In this document: in pieces, positions 38,419 through 46,767 of the stretch
Layout: the number at the start of each line of letters is the position of its first letter
Position numbering within the stretch: position 1 is the first letter of the stretch
NCBI RefSeq assembly: GCF_963675585.2
Contig: NZ_CAXXWU010000003.1
Location: forward strand, 529,087-593,086
Direction: 5' to 3'
Length of the DNA stretch: 64,000 nt
From: an uncultured Draconibacterium sp.
Lineage (GTDB): Bacteria; Bacteroidota; Bacteroidia; Bacteroidales; Prolixibacteraceae
Notes under the pieces: model-generated
What the model saw: the letters and a program-made list of their open reading frames with translations, nothing else
Told to the model about the DNA's origin: nothing
Database searches by the model: none
Program-made: the position numbers and the translations under genes

Positions 38419-39384
38419 ATGAAAAAAGAGAAAAGTAAATACATCCAATTCAGACATACATTATTTATGAAAAAGTCAATCATTTTTCATCTGTTATTAT
38501 TTGCCAGTTTAATTGTTTTTGCACAGCAAGATCCCCTGTTCTCGCAATACACCTACAATAAGCTGTTGGTTAACCCGGGTTATGCCGGAAGTCGCGAAAA
38601 CCTGAACGTTACTCTGGTAAATCGTGCCCAGTGGGTGAGCATTGAAGGGGCACCAAATACCCTGACATTGAGTGCGCATGCCGCCGGAAAAAATAAAAAA
38701 GTAGGCCTCGGCTTTTACCTCAACCGTGATGTGTTGGGGCCTACTGTAAATAACATTTTTATGGCGAACTATTCGTACCGGATTTTAATGAATGAAAGCT
38801 TTTTTGCCTTTGGTTTGCAGGGCGGAATCACCTATTTTGATTTTGATTATGCGGCCATGAATTTAAGAGATGCCGATTACATGTTCGATCCGACCAACAT
38901 CCGAAAAGTTACACCCGATGTAAATGTGGGTGTTTATTACCAATCGAAGCAGTTTTTTGCCGGTTTAAGTTCCAAGCATCTTCTGGAAAACGATTACGGT
39001 TTTATTCTTCAGGATGACAAAACAACTTTTAACCGTCTTGCCCGTCACTTTTATTTTATGACCGGAGGCGTTTGGGAGTTTGCCGAAAACTTGTATCTGC
39101 GACCTTCTACCCTGGTAAAATTTGTACGAAACGCTCCGGTTCAAATTGATTTGAATGCGAGTGTCATGTTCAAAAAAGCATTTATGCTTGGGGCATCTTT
39201 CCGAACCGAAAAAGCCATGTCGATAATGGCTGAACTGGCCATAACCAGTGGAATTCGTTTGGGTTACTCTTATGATATTTATTTTAACGAGCTACAGTTA
39301 TACAACTATGGATCGAACGAAATCAGGCTCGAATTTGATATTAATGTATTTGAGCCACGAATGGTAACTCCACGCTTCTTTTAA
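38419..39384 (+). CDS. PorP/SprF-family type IX secretion system membrane protein (cognate partner of the upstream type-B CTD cargo)
   Basis: The hallmark N-terminus after the signal peptide is AQQDPLFSQYTYNKLLVNPGYAGS. The protein is about 305-321 aa and has a beta-barrel-like C-terminus ending in F. The ATG at 38419 lies 11 nt after the giant gene's stop. The ATG at 38467 (MKKSIIFHLLLFASLIVFAQQ) gives a more canonical signal peptide and may be the true start. The ORF-track start at 38377 overlaps the giant gene and is unlikely. Confidence 0.9.
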   Translation: MKKEKSKYIQFRHTLFMKKSIIFHLLLFASLIVFAQQDPLFSQYTYNKLLVNPGYAGSRENLNVTLVNRAQWVSIEGAPNTLTLSAHAAGKNKKVGLGFYLNRDVLGPTVNNIFMANYSYRILMNESFFAFGLQGGITYFDFDYAAMNLRDADYMFDPTNIRKVTPDVNVGVYYQSKQFFAGLSSKHLLENDYGFILQDDKTTFNRLARHFYFMTGGVWEFAENLYLRPSTLVKFVRNAPVQIDLNASVMFKKAFMLGASFRTEKAMSIMAELAITSGIRLGYSYDIYFNELQLYNYGSNEIRLEFDINVFEPRMVTPRFF

Positions 39385-39402
39385 TACTTTATCTTTACAA
39401 CA

Positions 39403-40659
39403 ATGAAAAAAATACTAATATCTGTTTTGGTTCTGACCTTTCTTTCGCTCACGTATTTTGCCAGTGCGCAGATGAAATCGGCCAATAAACTGTATTCTCA
39501 ACTGAAATATTATCGGGCAATCCCGTATTTTACAAAAGTTGTTGAGGGGAAAAATGATTCGGACAAAAAAGAAGCAACCTGGAAATTGGCTGAATGTTAC
39601 CGACGTACCAACAATCCCAAAGAAGCTGCCCTTTGGTTTGAACAGGCAGTCAATTTCAAAGATGTTCCGGCTGAAGTGTTTCTGAACTATGGGAATGTAC
39701 TCCGGAATTTGGGACGCTACAACGATGCAATTCAACAATTTGAAAGTTACCTTTCGTTTAAACCGGAAGCCAAAGAAGGAACTGCCTACCTGGAATTTAG
39801 CCGCCAGATTGAATCGTGGAAAAACCTTGAACCATCGGCAGTAATTGAAAATGATTCAGCGCTTAATTCGCGTTTTTCTGATTTTTCGCCGGTTTATTAC
39901 AAACAAGGCCTGGTTTTTATTTCCGATCGCGATTACGATATGCTGGATAATAACAACTATTTCTGGACCGGGAATGGATACCTGAATTTGTATTTCAGAG
40001 AAACGGAAACAAGTGTTCCAACAAAAATGTCGAACGAATTTAACCAGGCTTACCACGACGGACCGGTTTGTTTTTCAAACAACGAATCTCAGATTTTTAC
40101 CACCCGAACTTTAAAAACAAAGTGGAAAAGAAAAGACACCATACAAACGCATTATACAGGCATTTATAGTGCACAACTGAATGTTGGGAAACTTGCCTTT
40201 AACTCTTTTGAATACAACAACCTCGCATATTCGGTGGCACACCCTGCCGTTTCTGAAGATGGAAAACTCATGATCTTCTCTTCAGATATGCCCGGAGGAC
40301 AAGGCAAAAGCGATTTGTATTTTTCAGAATTGGTTGACGGAAAATGGTCGGAGCCTAAAAATTTGGGAACTAAAATCAATACTTTCGGGAATGAGTATTT
40401 TCCGTTTCTGGCCAATGGCACAACTTTGTATTTTGCATCGAACGGACACATGGGTTACGGTGGGCTCGATTTGTATAAATCGGAATTTAAAAACGGAGAA
40501 TGGCAGGAACCCGAGAATTTGAAAGCACCCATAAATTCGTCGTACGACGATTTTGGAATTTTACTAAACAAAGACCTTACCAGTGGCCGTTTTAGTTCAA
40601 ATCGCCCCGGTGGTTTAGGCGACGACGACATATACAAATTCAGTGAACTAAAAAAGTAA
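39403..40659 (+). CDS. TPR + TolB-like (PD40 beta-propeller repeat) periplasmic/outer-membrane-associated protein; resembles the N-terminal two-thirds of the OmpA-family proteins that usually follow porP/sprF-like genes, but has no OmpA C-terminal domain
   Basis: It has a signal peptide (MKKILISVLVLTFLSLTYFASAQ) and TPR-like helices (Y..A...F...V, AECYRRTNNPKEAALWFEQA, GRYNDAIQQFESYL). PD40-like repeats are FSPVYYKQGLVFISDR, HPAVSEDGKLMIFSSDMPGGQGKSDLYFSE, FPFLANGTTLYFASNGHMGYGGLDLYKSE and FSSNRPGGLGDDDIYKF. It starts 18 nt after the sprF-like gene. Confidence 0.75.
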   Translation: MKKILISVLVLTFLSLTYFASAQMKSANKLYSQLKYYRAIPYFTKVVEGKNDSDKKEATWKLAECYRRTNNPKEAALWFEQAVNFKDVPAEVFLNYGNVLRNLGRYNDAIQQFESYLSFKPEAKEGTAYLEFSRQIESWKNLEPSAVIENDSALNSRFSDFSPVYYKQGLVFISDRDYDMLDNNNYFWTGNGYLNLYFRETETSVPTKMSNEFNQAYHDGPVCFSNNESQIFTTRTLKTKWKRKDTIQTHYTGIYSAQLNVGKLAFNSFEYNNLAYSVAHPAVSEDGKLMIFSSDMPGGQGKSDLYFSELVDGKWSEPKNLGTKINTFGNEYFPFLANGTTLYFASNGHMGYGGLDLYKSEFKNGEWQEPENLKAPINSSYDDFGILLNKDLTSGRFSSNRPGGLGDDDIYKFSELKK

Positions 40660-41904
40660 TTACAACTCCTGGTAGTTTTTCATTATCGAAGTCATCATTT
40701 CTTTTGAAATAGTAATGGCATTGGTACGCCATTTTTCAGATGGTGGATAAAACATTTCGTAATAACCGGCCTTCACCTTTTCTCGATCTTTCTCTGATTT
40801 GTATCCGTAATGTGCCCCCTGGTTTTCGGTGATTGAAATGTGTGCCGATTTTACTGCTCCCATGGTAGAACTGGTATTTAAAGTGCCAAATTCCATCAAC
40901 ATCGGAATAGACGTTTTTTCGGGCATCAATCCGCCAATGTATTCAACAAACTGCCCGCTAACGGTATAAAAATTATCCGAGTCGCCCCAGTTAATCTCGT
41001 AATCCTTAAAAACAGTTTCCATTATTTGTTTTAAAACAGGGTCGTCAACCGGATTAGGGAAAAGATGCAGCTCTCCCCTCTCGCCAAAGCCTGTATGCAG
41101 GTCAAGATTTAAAATTGTCTGATACGGTTCTGCCTTTTCCTGAATCACCTTCGACAAAATTGCCATTTGCTGTTCGGCTTTAAAACCACCAAAATAAATT
41201 CCTTCCTCAAACTGATACTGTCCCTGAGCAAATGCCTGCAACAAAGCCGGCATTCCTTTTTGTGCAATCTGGCGTATGGCAGTAATCAGAAAAAAGCGGT
41301 TTCCCAGGCTATTCATATTTACTTCTCCTTTTGGAGTCAGCATATCGTACAAGGCAACAAAACCATCGTTCTTGGTCTGATAAAGCGCTTCATCCAAACC
41401 ATAATTCCGGTTTAAATCGACATTATTTTCGGTAAAACGGCGTTCGTTTTTAAAACCCCATGCATTCATTCCATGAACCATCAGCAGTCCAACTTCGGAA
41501 AGCATTTCCTCCTCGAAAAACTCATTCATAAGCATTTGCTGAACAGCACTTCCCACATACCCTTCAATCCCGTGAGTTCCGGAATTAATTAAAACAAGTT
41601 TTTTGGTTGTATCGCTGGCAGGTATGTAGCAAAAATCAATAGTCAGGTCATTATCTGTTTGGCTGGTTATGGGTACCGAAAATAGTTCAACACTATCAAA
41701 ACGTTCCCTCATTTTTTCAGCCTGCATCCGAAATGCATCGCGGCACTCCTCCCAGCTTTCGTGATAATAGGCCAACTTTGCCTCGTCCACAGCCACTTCC
41801 GGATCGTTGGGCGAATAATAATTAAAACTGATGTAAGCATAAGCTAATGCAACAACCAACACCCCTGAAATAATCAGAGCTGAAATTTTAAGAAACTTTT
41901 TCAT
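40660..41904 (-). CDS. M14-like zinc carboxypeptidase-fold protein (DUF2817-like), N-terminal membrane anchor/signal
   Basis: This is a 414-aa ORF with an N-terminal TM segment (ALIISGVLVVALAYAYISF). It has an HxxE motif in NSGTHGIEGYVGS and a second His context in LDLHTGFGERG, as in M14/succinylglutamate desuccinylase-fold proteins. The family assignment is from memory. Confidence 0.55.
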   Translation of the reverse strand: MKKFLKISALIISGVLVVALAYAYISFNYYSPNDPEVAVDEAKLAYYHESWEECRDAFRMQAEKMRERFDSVELFSVPITSQTDNDLTIDFCYIPASDTTKKLVLINSGTHGIEGYVGSAVQQMLMNEFFEEEMLSEVGLLMVHGMNAWGFKNERRFTENNVDLNRNYGLDEALYQTKNDGFVALYDMLTPKGEVNMNSLGNRFFLITAIRQIAQKGMPALLQAFAQGQYQFEEGIYFGGFKAEQQMAILSKVIQEKAEPYQTILNLDLHTGFGERGELHLFPNPVDDPVLKQIMETVFKDYEINWGDSDNFYTVSGQFVEYIGGLMPEKTSIPMLMEFGTLNTSSTMGAVKSAHISITENQGAHYGYKSEKDREKVKAGYYEMFYPPSEKWRTNAITISKEMMTSIMKNYQEL

Positions 41905-42002
41905 CTGATAAAAGTGTTTATTTTATACAATTAAACCAGTAATAAGTTGCACTCAACATTTAAACAGTGAGTGCAGGAAACCGTGATTGTTTTACAAAAT
42001 AA

Positions 42003-42206
42003 TCAGATTACAAACCTTACATGCTTGTCTTCTATCATTTGTTGCAACTCGCGTAATAAAGCTTGTTCGTGTTGATCAATATAACCATCTTCGGTAGCTA
42101 TATTAATAATTTTATCGTACTCATCACGTGTGATTTTATGATCTTCAATCGCTTTTTCAATTATTGCCCGCAACCGAATTGAACTCTCGCTAACTCTATC
42201 TGTCAT
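42003..42206 (-). CDS. small (67 aa) acidic helical protein, hypothetical (TerB-like 'DG.ID..E...L' motif)
   Basis: This ORF lies 43 nt downstream of glpF on the same strand. It has coding-like composition and the motif ATEDGYIDQHEQALLRELQQ. No firm family was recognised. Confidence 0.5.
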   Translation of the reverse strand: MTDRVSESSIRLRAIIEKAIEDHKITRDEYDKIINIATEDGYIDQHEQALLRELQQMIEDKHVRFVI

Positions 42207-42249
42207 ACTTTTATTTTTTTAGAAAGGTAAAAAAAAATGTGTAAAACAA

Positions 42250-43005
42250 TTAGCAGTTGCACAGATGAAGTATGAATAAATATATCAAAGCTGCAAAAGC
42301 CGCGCCTGCCAATGGCCCGACAATTGGAATCCAGGCGTATTTCCAATCTGTATCATCTTTATCATCAATTGGGAGCAAAGCATGCACGATTCGCGGGCCA
42401 AAATCGCGTGCAGGATTTATGGCATATCCTGTTGTTCCGCCCAAACTCATTCCTATTGAAAATACAACCAAAGCAACCGGCAGCGCTCCAAGCGAACCAA
42501 GTCCAACATGTCCGCTACCCAAATTTTCGTATTCAAGCTGAGGTAATGAAATAAGCAAAACGGCAAAAATCAGTACAAAAGTTCCTATAAACTCCGAAAA
42601 TAAATTGTTGCGGGTATCACGAATTGCAGGTGCAGTGCAAAAGGCCGACTTCTTCATCCCTGCTGTTTTGGTGAGCTTAAAATGTTTTTTAAAGAACATA
42701 TAAACCGTTGTTGCGCCAAGCATTGCTCCCAAAATCTGAGCTAAAACAAATGGAATAACGTTTATCCAATCGAACAAACCGGCCAGGGCTAATCCAACTG
42801 TAACAGCCGGATTCAGGTGTGCCCCGCTCAAATCGGAAGTAGCCAGCACTGCCACGTACACAGCCATTCCCCAGCCCGCAGTTATTACAATTAATCCGCC
42901 TCCGTTTCCGTAGGTTTTATCCAGGTTTACATTTGCAACCACACCATTTCCCAATAAAATTAAAATGAAAGTTCCGAGGAATTCACCAAAAAGTTGAAGT
43001 GCCAT
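42250..43005 (-). CDS. glpF: MIP-family aquaglyceroporin (glycerol uptake facilitator)
   Basis: It has two NPA boxes (SGAHLNPAVTVG and GYAINPARDFGPR), six TM segments and 251 aa. The D after the second NPAR is typical of glycerol facilitators. Confidence 0.85.
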   Translation of the reverse strand: MALQLFGEFLGTFILILLGNGVVANVNLDKTYGNGGGLIVITAGWGMAVYVAVLATSDLSGAHLNPAVTVGLALAGLFDWINVIPFVLAQILGAMLGATTVYMFFKKHFKLTKTAGMKKSAFCTAPAIRDTRNNLFSEFIGTFVLIFAVLLISLPQLEYENLGSGHVGLGSLGALPVALVVFSIGMSLGGTTGYAINPARDFGPRIVHALLPIDDKDDTDWKYAWIPIVGPLAGAAFAALIYLFILHLCNC

Positions 43006-43126
43006 AAGTTTAGTTCATTTATTGTCTCTTCCTTTCGGATAAAGACTTTTTAAAATTCAACAATACAGTTTTTTATCTCAATTCGCCCTGTAAAAAAGGG
43101 AACAGCAAACCGGCGTTAGCACCAAT

Positions 43127-43144
43127 CATTCAAAGTTTTGAATG
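43127..43144. promoter_or_regulatory. 18-bp palindrome CATTCAAA-GT-TTTGAATG in the divergent glpF/gpsA intergenic region
   Basis: I read it directly: 8-bp perfect arms with a 2-nt centre. It lies 122 nt upstream of glpF and 182 nt upstream of gpsA. It is a candidate operator. Confidence 0.3.
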
Positions 43145-43297
43145 TTGATTTCCAGTTTTATCGAGTGTTGAAAATACAACTTTATTTGTACAATTCTTGC
43201 TTCAATTACCTCTTACAAAACAGCTTTTTCAACGATAAAAATCAGCTTTGTTGATCGGATTTATTGCCGTTCTACTTTTATATGACTACACAAATTG

Positions 43298-43305
43298 TAC
43301 ATTTG
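43298..43305 (+). promoter_or_regulatory. candidate -7 promoter box TACATTTG (TAnnTTTG) for gpsA
   Basis: This is an exact consensus match, 21 nt upstream of the gpsA ATG at 43326. Confidence 0.35.
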
Positions 43306-43325
43306 CCTAGATTTTTCTGAAAAAA

Positions 43326-44324
43326 ATGAATATTAAAACAGATACCGTTGGAATAATTGGCAGTGGAAGCTGGGCAACTGCAATTGCAAAAATGCTGCTC
43401 GAAAATGTGAATGAAATTAATTGGTACTTCCGCAAAGAATCTACCATTAAACAATTTAAGAATACCAGTTACAATCCACGTTATTTGCGCGAAGTTGAAT
43501 TTGAAACGGAACGAATAAACTTCTACCACGATGTTACACAGCTGGTTGAAGAGTCCGACATTTTGATTATGGTTGTTCCATCGGCCTACCTGCCGGGTAC
43601 GTTGGCCGAAATAAAAACCGATATTTCAGGGAAATACATTTTATCGGGAATAAAAGGAATTGTGGGCGACGAAAACCTTTTGGTTGCTCAGTATTTGCAT
43701 AAAAAATTTAACGTTCCATACGAAAACCTTGGAGTACTTGCCGGCCCCTGTCATGCCGAAGAGGTTGCAAGCGAAAAGTTATCGTACCTTACTGTTGCCG
43801 CAATTAATGAACAACAGTCGGCAAAGTTTGCCGAATTAATTGAATGCGATTATATATATACTACTCTATCGGACGACATTTGGGGAACCGAATATGCAGC
43901 TGTATTAAAAAACATTATTGCCATTGCATCCGGAATTGCGCATGGTTTGCGCTACGGCGACAACTTTCATGCAGTGTTAATTTCGCGGGCTATTCAGGAA
44001 ATGAAACGATTTGTGGACACCGTTCACCCAATTACACGCGACATAAAATCTCCGGCTTATTTAGGCGATTTACTGGTAACTTCCTATTCTCAATTTAGTA
44101 GAAACCGAACTTTTGGAACCATGATTGGAAAAGGTTATTCGGTTAAAGCGGCGCAACTTGAATTAAATATGGTGGCGGAAGGATATTACGCCTCAAAATC
44201 GATTCAGAAAATAAATGAGAAATACAAAGTAGATATGCCGATTACCGATACGGTTTACAAAATCTTATACGATAAAGTATCTCCGGGCCGGGCTTTTACA
44301 CAACTAACTAAATTGTTACGTTAA
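43326..44324 (+). CDS. gpsA: NAD(P)H-dependent glycerol-3-phosphate dehydrogenase
   Basis: It has an N-terminal Rossmann motif (IGSGSWATAIAKML), the motif KNIIAIASGIAHGL, and 332 aa. The overall sequence is typical of GpsA. Confidence 0.9.
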   Translation: MNIKTDTVGIIGSGSWATAIAKMLLENVNEINWYFRKESTIKQFKNTSYNPRYLREVEFETERINFYHDVTQLVEESDILIMVVPSAYLPGTLAEIKTDISGKYILSGIKGIVGDENLLVAQYLHKKFNVPYENLGVLAGPCHAEEVASEKLSYLTVAAINEQQSAKFAELIECDYIYTTLSDDIWGTEYAAVLKNIIAIASGIAHGLRYGDNFHAVLISRAIQEMKRFVDTVHPITRDIKSPAYLGDLLVTSYSQFSRNRTFGTMIGKGYSVKAAQLELNMVAEGYYASKSIQKINEKYKVDMPITDTVYKILYDKVSPGRAFTQLTKLLR

Positions 44325-44449
44325 ACAAACAATTACGTATTGTTTCGTCTATATTTTTCAATTGTATTTAAAGATTCTTTCCCTCTTTCTAAGCACTTTT
44401 ACAGGAATTTCCAGTCAGTTACAAAAAAGTGTATCATAAAAGGAATAAA

Positions 44450-44477
44450 AAATGCCACCTTAAAAAAGATGGCATTT
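44450..44477 (-). terminator. probable intrinsic terminator of pgi (minus strand)
   Basis: An 8-bp stem (AAATGCCA, 44450-44457, pairing with TGGCATTT, 44470-44477) lies 22 nt downstream of the pgi stop. On the minus strand it is followed by TTTTTATT, the complement of 44442-44449. Confidence 0.5.
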
Positions 44478-44498
44478 CAAAAATATATCGATAACTAT

Positions 44499-46145
44499 TT
44501 ATCTCATTTCTTTCCAGGCATTGATTAAACCGTTTGTTGAGGCATCGTGTCCTGTTACTTTTTCGTCAGAATTTAATTCAGGTAAAATGGCATTTGCCAG
44601 TTGTTTTCCCAATTCAACTCCCCACTGGTCGAAACTGTAAATGTTCCAGATAATTCCCTGTGCGAAAATTTTGTGCTCGTACATGGCAATTAAAGCACCC
44701 AAAACACGCGGAGTTAATTGTTTTACCAAAATAGAGTTGGTTGGAATATTTCCCATAAACACTTTAAAAGGTGTTAACTCTTTAATTTCAGCTTCGTTTT
44801 TACCCGCAGCTTTTAGTTCGGCAACCACCTGCTCTTCGGTTTTACCAACCATCATCGCTTCGGTTTGTGCAAAAAAGTTGGCCAGTAATTTCGGATGATG
44901 GTCGCTCACTTTGTTGTGGTTAATTGCCGATGCAATAAAATCGCATGGAATTAATTTTGTTCCCTGGTGAATTAGCTGGTAAAAAGCATGCTGACCATTT
45001 GTTCCGGGCTCGCCCCAGATAATTGGTCCGGTTTGATAGTCCACTTGTTCCCCGTTGCGGTCCACATATTTTCCGTTACTCTCCATGTTTCCTTGCTGGA
45101 AATAAGCCGAAAAACGGTGCATGTACTGGTCGTAAGGCAAAATGGCTTCACTTTCGGCACCATAAAAATTGTTGTACCACAAGCCAATTAATGCTAAAAT
45201 TACCGGTATGTTTTTGTCAAAATCTGTTTCGCTGAAATGTTTGTCCATGGCATGGGCGCCTTCCAACAGTGCAATGTAGTTGTCGTAACCAATGCCAAGC
45301 ATAATGCTTAAACCAATTGCCGACCACAACGAATAACGACCTCCCACCCAGTTCCAGAAACGGAACATATTATCGGTATCGATTCCGAAAGCAGAAACAG
45401 CTTCGGCGTTGGTTGATACAGCCACAAAATGTTTTGCCACATGCTCCAGCTCTTTTGCCGATTCAAGGAACCAGTCTTTTGCCGAGTTGGCGTTGGTCAT
45501 GGTTTCCTGAGTGGTAAATGTTTTCGAAGCCACAATAAACAAGGTAGTTTCAGGATTTACAGCTTTTACTGTTTCGGCAATGTGTGTTCCGTCAACATTG
45601 GATACAAAGTGCAAATTCAGCTGGTTTTTGTAAGGTTTTAAAGCCTCGGTAACCATTAACGGACCAAGATCCGAACCTCCAATACCAATGTTTACGATAT
45701 CGGTAATTGCTTTGCCGGTGTAACCTTTCCACTCGCCCGAAATTACTTTATCAGTAAATCCTTTCATTTGATCGAGCACAGCATTTACTTCAGGCATTAC
45801 ATCTTCGCCATCCACAATAATTGGAGTATTGCTGCGGTTGCGTAAAGCGGTGTGAAGTACAGCACGATCTTCGGTAACATTTATCTTTTTCCCTTCGAAC
45901 ATAGCCGAAATGGCTTCTTTTAAACCACATTCGTTTGCCAGTTCAAGCAAAGTTGATTTCACCTCATCGTCGATAATGTTTTTTGAGAAGTCAATAAGAA
46001 TGTCTTCAAATTTTATCGAGTACTTTTCAAAACGATCTGCATCGGCAGCAAAAAGTTCTTTCATATGTTTGCCTTCAAACTCGAAGTAAATTTCTTCCAG
46101 TTTATTCCAGGCAGCAGTTTCCATTGGATTAATCTTTGGTAGCAT
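44499..46145 (-). CDS. pgi: glucose-6-phosphate isomerase
   Basis: This is a 548-aa ORF with classic PGI motifs ([45 protein letters not shown]). Confidence 0.95.
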   Translation of the reverse strand: MLPKINPMETAAWNKLEEIYFEFEGKHMKELFAADADRFEKYSIKFEDILIDFSKNIIDDEVKSTLLELANECGLKEAISAMFEGKKINVTEDRAVLHTALRNRSNTPIIVDGEDVMPEVNAVLDQMKGFTDKVISGEWKGYTGKAITDIVNIGIGGSDLGPLMVTEALKPYKNQLNLHFVSNVDGTHIAETVKAVNPETTLFIVASKTFTTQETMTNANSAKDWFLESAKELEHVAKHFVAVSTNAEAVSAFGIDTDNMFRFWNWVGGRYSLWSAIGLSIMLGIGYDNYIALLEGAHAMDKHFSETDFDKNIPVILALIGLWYNNFYGAESEAILPYDQYMHRFSAYFQQGNMESNGKYVDRNGEQVDYQTGPIIWGEPGTNGQHAFYQLIHQGTKLIPCDFIASAINHNKVSDHHPKLLANFFAQTEAMMVGKTEEQVVAELKAAGKNEAEIKELTPFKVFMGNIPTNSILVKQLTPRVLGALIAMYEHKIFAQGIIWNIYSFDQWGVELGKQLANAILPELNSDEKVTGHDASTNGLINAWKEMR

Positions 46146-46171
46146 ATTTTGTAATTTTTATTTGCAAATTT

Positions 46172-46204
46172 AGTGATACACTCACTTAAAGTGAGCGTAT
46201 CACT
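46172..46204. promoter_or_regulatory. 33-nt near-perfect palindrome/hairpin (AGTGATACACTCAC-TTAAA-GTGAGCGTATCACT) 27 nt upstream of the pgi start codon
   Basis: I read it directly: 14-bp arms with one mismatch. No T-run follows it on the minus strand, so it is not an obvious terminator for the upstream small gene. Confidence 0.35.
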
Positions 46205-46338
46205 TTGATTTCAGTACAAATATAATGTATTAAACCGATTACAGATTTTTGCTTCTAAAAGGTTAATGTTGACTTAAGAAAAATGGAACCCGGGAGGTCT
46301 ACTCAAAGATTGTAATTTGAGAATAATCCCAGAAACGC

Positions 46339-46524
46339 CTATTTTGTCCGATAAGCCCTAACAGTTATAACCAACGCTGTGACGGCCAAAGCCAGTCCGC
46401 CAAAAGCAAAAAAACAACATCCTTTGTTTGGCCAGTGCTGCAGCTTAGCATAAAAACTATAAAAGATAAGCACAGATCCCAGTGCTAAAAAAGTGATAAC
46501 AAGTGTTTTTCGGGTTTTCGACAT
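46339..46524 (-). CDS. small (61 aa) two-TM membrane protein, hypothetical
   Basis: The internal ATG at 46524 gives MSKTRKTLVITFLALGSVLIFYSFYAKLQHWPNKGCCFFAFGGLALAVTALVITVRAYRTK, which has two clean hydrophobic helices. The 44 codons upstream in the ORF track look non-coding. Confidence 0.5.
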   Translation of the reverse strand: MSKTRKTLVITFLALGSVLIFYSFYAKLQHWPNKGCCFFAFGGLALAVTALVITVRAYRTK

Positions 46525-46767
46525 AACGTATAAATTAACGTTTGTACGGCCAAAACTAATAAAAAGTCTGCTTTTTTCATCTCTTTTTTCTATAAAATAA
46601 TCCACCCTTATAGCTACCAAAAGTTCAGATAATCCTGAAAGCTGCAATTGAAGCATAAAACCTAAAACTCATCTTGATTTCAATTTGAGATAATTGCGCC
46701 TATTTTACGATGTATAAATCACTCAATCTCATGAAAATCGGATTGCATCTTTTTTATCTTTGCATCC

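Noticed and set aside
3100-40659. The giant-gene region could be a horizontally acquired island, a mobile element, or a defence/toxin system.
   Set aside because: I saw no integrase, transposase, tRNA target or flanking direct repeats. No nuclease, ATPase or toxin-like domains are present. Base composition does not look sharply different from the flanks by eye, but I did not compute it. An adhesin/T9SS cargo module explains all three genes.
44340-44528. A 62-aa plus-strand ORF lies between gpsA and pgi.
   Set aside because: It starts at a TTG, runs through the pgi terminator hairpin and into the pgi 3' end, and has AT-rich non-coding composition.
46525-46656. The small membrane-protein ORF could take its longer form (105 aa).
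   Set aside because: The N-terminal 44 codons have non-coding-like, AT-rich composition. The internal ATG at 46524 begins a compact two-TM protein.
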